A stretch of DNA of 20,331 bases from Candidatus Heimdallarchaeota archaeon (lineage in GTDB: Archaea; Asgardarchaeota; Heimdallarchaeia; Hodarchaeales; Hodarchaeaceae), in contig DXJL01000139.1 of the NCBI GenBank assembly GCA_019057635.1, forward strand, positions 1-20,331, written 5' to 3'. Both the position numbers and the translations under genes were made by a program. Below the pieces are notes generated by a model, which searched no databases, was not told the DNA's origin, and was given only the letters and a program-made list of their open reading frames with translations. Shown here piece after piece: positions 17,438 to 20,331 of this stretch (the first letter of the stretch is position 1; each line of letters opens with the position of its first letter).

Positions 17438-18319
17438 TTGGTGATTGTTTTGGATATCGAAAATGCGATTTCAGAGATACAGGAGAAGTTTGGGGTAGTT
17501 GGACGAGTACGTACTCTTCGAAAACTCATCCTTGGCAAAATGGCAGGCAAGCATATCATAATAGAGGGACCAGTTGGGGTTGGAAAAACCACATTGGCCC
17601 ACGCGGTGGCAGCCTACTTTGATCAAGGATTTATTCGTATCGATGGGGATGAAAGATATACCGAAAGTAAGCTTGTCGGATATTTTGAACCCCCCCTCGT
17701 TGTAGAAAAAGGGTGGATTTGGGATGCGTTTGTACCGGGGCCCCTAACATTAGCAATGAAAAATGGTTCAATATTGTTTATTAATGAAGCAAATAGACTA
17801 ATCGAAGGAACACAAAATGTCCTATTACCGACCATGGATGAGGGGATACTCATTATACCTAAACTGGGATCAATAAAAGCTATTGAAGGATTTTTAGTTG
17901 TAGCTACACAAAACCCTGAATCTTATATAGGAACAACAGTTCTTTCAGAGGCTTTAAAAGATCGATTTGTATGGATAAAACTAGAACATCAAGGATATGA
18001 GCAGGAACTTGACATTGTTAAACAACAATCTGGACTGGATGAAAAGGATCTTTTGATCGGTGAAACGGCAACAAAAATAACTCGTGCAACTCGTAACCAC
18101 ACAGATATTCGAAGAGGTTCCTCCATTCGAGGTGCAATTGATTTAGCAAAAATTTTGAGTTTAGTTCAAAGCTTAACTCTTGAAACGGTTTCAGAATTAT
18201 CTATCATGACACTAGCAACAAAAATCGAACTGGAAGATGGTGTAGAGAGACCCATCGAAGAAATAATTCATGAAATCGTAGAAGCGATACTCTCTGGGGA
18301 TGAAGATCGTTTTTTATAA
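17438..18319 (+). CDS. MoxR-like AAA+ ATPase
   Basis: Walker A GPVGVGKT, FVPGPL, Walker B variant LFINEANR, ATQNP, LSEALKDRF (Arg finger), SIRG (sensor 2). Confidence 0.92.
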   Translation: MVIVLDIENAISEIQEKFGVVGRVRTLRKLILGKMAGKHIIIEGPVGVGKTTLAHAVAAYFDQGFIRIDGDERYTESKLVGYFEPPLVVEKGWIWDAFVPGPLTLAMKNGSILFINEANRLIEGTQNVLLPTMDEGILIIPKLGSIKAIEGFLVVATQNPESYIGTTVLSEALKDRFVWIKLEHQGYEQELDIVKQQSGLDEKDLLIGETATKITRATRNHTDIRRGSSIRGAIDLAKILSLVQSLTLETVSELSIMTLATKIELEDGVERPIEEIIHEIVEAILSGDEDRFL

Positions 18320-18344
18320 AAAAATCCCGAGTAGCCGCTCGGGA
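18310..18344 (+). promoter_or_regulatory. Candidate programmed -1 ribosomal frameshift signal
   Basis: T_TTT_TTA heptamer (18310-18316) in the AAA+ frame immediately before its TAA stop, then an 8-nt spacer and the hairpin TCCCGAG(18325-18331)/CTCGGGA(18338-18344). The -1 frame is the vWA frame. Confidence 0.72.
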
Positions 18345-19386
18345 ATATAAAAAGAACATTCGTCTCTTCGGTAGACTCAATATGGAGGATCTAGCTGATG
18401 CAGCTATTGCTGCTGGAGATGCATTACCAAAGTTGGATAATTTAGATATTGCTAGTATAGAGCGCTTAACTGAGTCAGCTATTGAACATGAAAATTTGCC
18501 AGCCTTGATGTCTCTCGCAAAAATCAATAAATATGCAGTCTCTAATAGTTTAAATCCAGATCGTCTGGTTTCACTAGGTCGAGTAGCTGGATCAGGAGGG
18601 GTGTATACTCCGAGATTATTCTTTGTGATGCGGGGTGTCATGGATAAGAAGCGTCGTAAGATCTTAAAACGCTTAACCCGTACATCAATCCTCAAATTAT
18701 CTTTGAGAATAGCCTCTGAAGGCCTCAGGGGAGATCTGCCAGTCAGGGGAGAATTTAAACCTGACTCCGACTTCGATTTAGAGGCAACATTGGAGCAAAT
18801 ATTGGAAAGATATCCCGCTGGTATCCCTAGACTCGTTAATAAAGATATAGTCGGAATAGAACGGCGTGAAAGAAAGAAAAACGGGGTATTGATCTTAGAT
18901 GCTAGTGGATCGATGATGGGAGAACGCAATATCAATGCAGCATTATCAGCGGCAGTCATGGCTTTTTCTATGCGTAAAGATCAGTTCGGAGTGGTAGCAT
19001 TCAACACCAAAGGGTTTCTTATAAAAGGAATCAAAGATGAACTTAAGATCGAAGAAATTATGGATAAAATCCTTGATTTAGAAGCAGTTGGATATACTAA
19101 TATTGAGGATGGACTACGACATGGTGCTATGCAGATCAAGACCATGAAATCCCGTTATAAATGGGCAATACTACTAACTGATGGTGCCTATAACAAAGGA
19201 GATGACCCTCGATACTTATGTCGGCAATTTGAAAAACTTCATGTCATTAATTTACCTGGAGGTAAAAAATGGGGTGAGAAAGTATGTCAAGATCTGGCTC
19301 GGCTGGGTGGGGGCCGTTATGTGGTGGTCCGCAATTATCATGAGGTACCTCGGGCATTGATGAAAATACTCAGAAGTCCCTGGTAA
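18316..19386 (+). CDS. vWA (MIDAS) domain protein, partner of or frameshift fusion with the upstream AAA+ ATPase
   Basis: MIDAS DASGS, GYTNI, LLTDG; DFDLEATLEQ motif. The first ATG is at 18382, but the frame is open back to 18304 (RSFFIKKSRVAAREYKKNIRLFGRLN). Confidence 0.88.
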   Translation: MKKSRVAAREYKKNIRLFGRLNMEDLADAAIAAGDALPKLDNLDIASIERLTESAIEHENLPALMSLAKINKYAVSNSLNPDRLVSLGRVAGSGGVYTPRLFFVMRGVMDKKRRKILKRLTRTSILKLSLRIASEGLRGDLPVRGEFKPDSDFDLEATLEQILERYPAGIPRLVNKDIVGIERRERKKNGVLILDASGSMMGERNINAALSAAVMAFSMRKDQFGVVAFNTKGFLIKGIKDELKIEEIMDKILDLEAVGYTNIEDGLRHGAMQIKTMKSRYKWAILLTDGAYNKGDDPRYLCRQFEKLHVINLPGGKKWGEKVCQDLARLGGGRYVVVRNYHEVPRALMKILRSPW

Positions 19387-19402
19387 GGACTTCAAATCAT
19401 AC

Positions 19403-20125
19403 TTATTCTTTTAGAAAATTTTCCAAACGATCAGGAAAGTTCGTTAAAATACCATCAACACCTAATGATATAGCGTGGTGCATATCAGATGGTTGATCGG
19501 CATAAAAATAGAATACGCGAATGTCGTGGTCATGACAGTCTTGGATGAAAGAAGGTTCTAAGGCTGCGTTACGAATCTGAGCTGTGCTTAGTTGAAGATC
19601 ACGTAACAAGTCAAAATAAATATCATTCTCTCGTTCTTTTTGTAATAATGCACAATCTAGGGAATTATCAAGTGCTTGAATTCTTTGGATGTTTTCGATA
19701 TGTCTAGCGGTGATAACCGTCCGTTTTTCTAAGTTATGTTTATGTATCAGTGAAACAATTGATTTTTCAAACCAGTCAGAGTGGATATCATAATACTTCA
19801 GTTCGATGTTAAGTTGAATGGAGGAGGGAATTATTAGTAAAACTTCTGATAGAGTAGGGATTTGTTCTCCTCGAAAACGTGAATGATACCAACTTCCAGC
19901 ATCTAAAGTCCGTAAGTACTTGAAATGTAATTCAGGGATACGTCCTTGTCCATTGGTTGTTCTTTCGATCCCTTGACGATCATGAAAAACCATGAGATGA
20001 TGATCAGAAGAAGGTTGGACATCAAATTCGACCATATCAGCACATTTCACTCCCTCATTAAAACAAGAGATGGTATTTTCAGGCGCTAAACCTGCTCCTC
20101 CACGATGAGCGATATTTAGAACCAT
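19403..20125 (-). CDS. Glycerophosphodiester phosphodiesterase (GDPD, UgpQ/GlpQ family)
   Basis: IAHRGGAGLAPENT, VEFDVQ, VFHD, NIELK, GVDGILTNFP. ATG20125 is a more plausible start than GTG20209. Confidence 0.93.
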   Translation of the reverse strand: MVLNIAHRGGAGLAPENTISCFNEGVKCADMVEFDVQPSSDHHLMVFHDRQGIERTTNGQGRIPELHFKYLRTLDAGSWYHSRFRGEQIPTLSEVLLIIPSSIQLNIELKYYDIHSDWFEKSIVSLIHKHNLEKRTVITARHIENIQRIQALDNSLDCALLQKERENDIYFDLLRDLQLSTAQIRNAALEPSFIQDCHDHDIRVFYFYADQPSDMHHAISLGVDGILTNFPDRLENFLKE

Positions 20126-20169
20126 GATCAAATTTGTCGGACACCTAGTATTTATCAATTTAGGCCTGG

Positions 20170-20176
20170 AAAAAAA
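20170..20176 (-). terminator. Possible oligo-T terminator for an upstream minus-strand transcript
   Basis: T7 run on the minus strand about 30 nt after a TGA at 20208-20206. Confidence 0.3.
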
Positions 20177-20205
20177 GGGGTTCAGTTTCATCACATTCGT
20201 CAATC

Positions 20206-20331
20206 TCACCGCTCTCTCTGCCTCAAGGTCACAAAGGTGAGTGTTCCTGTAAGGAGTGGAAATTGCCGATTATACCGTGGCTCGGAAGATTCTTCAGTGT
20301 TTTCATCCTGCTTCCCAAGTGGTTCCAATTG
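20206..20331 (-). CDS. Possible 3' end of a gene entering from beyond the window
   Basis: Open frame ...ENTEESSEPRYNRQFPLLTGTLTFVTLRQRER* (acidic linker, hydrophobic stretch, basic tail). It could instead be non-coding. Confidence 0.25.
   Translation of the reverse strand, partial: QLEPLGKQDENTEESSEPRYNRQFPLLTGTLTFVTLRQRER

Noticed and set aside
17623-18959. Minus-strand ORFs 17623-17853 and 18204-18959
   Set aside because: Antisense to the AAA+ and vWA genes, with shadow-like composition.
20126-20209. 28-aa N-terminal extension of GDPD in the ORF track
   Set aside because: The family motif IAHRG begins right after ATG20125, and the extension spans probable promoter/terminator sequence.
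20235-20300. Resemblance to SRP RNA helices 6/8 (CCTGTAAGG...TGCCGA...GGCTCGGAAG)
   Set aside because: The conserved CAGG/AGCA symmetric loop and the 3' strand of helix 8 are missing.
20255-20325. Minus-strand CCACTTGGGAAG...GAGCCA resembling a cobalamin riboswitch 3' half
   Set aside because: No AGACC B12-box continuation, the 5' half is not visible, and the downstream gene is unrelated to B12.
1-20331. CRISPR arrays, transposases, integrases, inteins
   Set aside because: No regularly spaced repeats or mobile-element motifs were seen, and protein lengths leave no room for inteins.

Overview
AT-rich archaeal chromosomal window. Its gene content (Rpo4, NOG1, TruA, A/V-ATPase A, a CdvA-like coiled coil, bacterial-type MutS1/MutL, BHB-intron tRNAs, frequent TTG starts) is compatible with an Asgard-type archaeon, but that taxonomy is inference. 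It holds about 18 mostly housekeeping CDSs and three tRNAs (Pro-CGG, Leu-CAG, Ser-CGA). Four signals stand out. (1) A MoxR-type AAA+ gene ends in a U_UUU_UUA slippery heptamer followed by an 8-nt spacer and a GC-rich hairpin, with the downstream vWA/MIDAS frame open in -1: a candidate programmed -1 ribosomal frameshift giving both free AAA+ and a ~649-aa AAA+-vWA fusion. (2) Two tRNAs each carry two introns, including 31-nt T-loop (59/60) introns with matching bulge-helix-bulge architecture. (3) Two conserved genes (NMN adenylyltransferase, HD protein) have essential N-terminal motifs upstream of any in-frame ATG/GTG/TTG, implying non-canonical initiation or recoding. (4) A lone ATPase A subunit gene leads directly into a serine-lipid/ahcY cluster. 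No CRISPR array or mobile element was seen.
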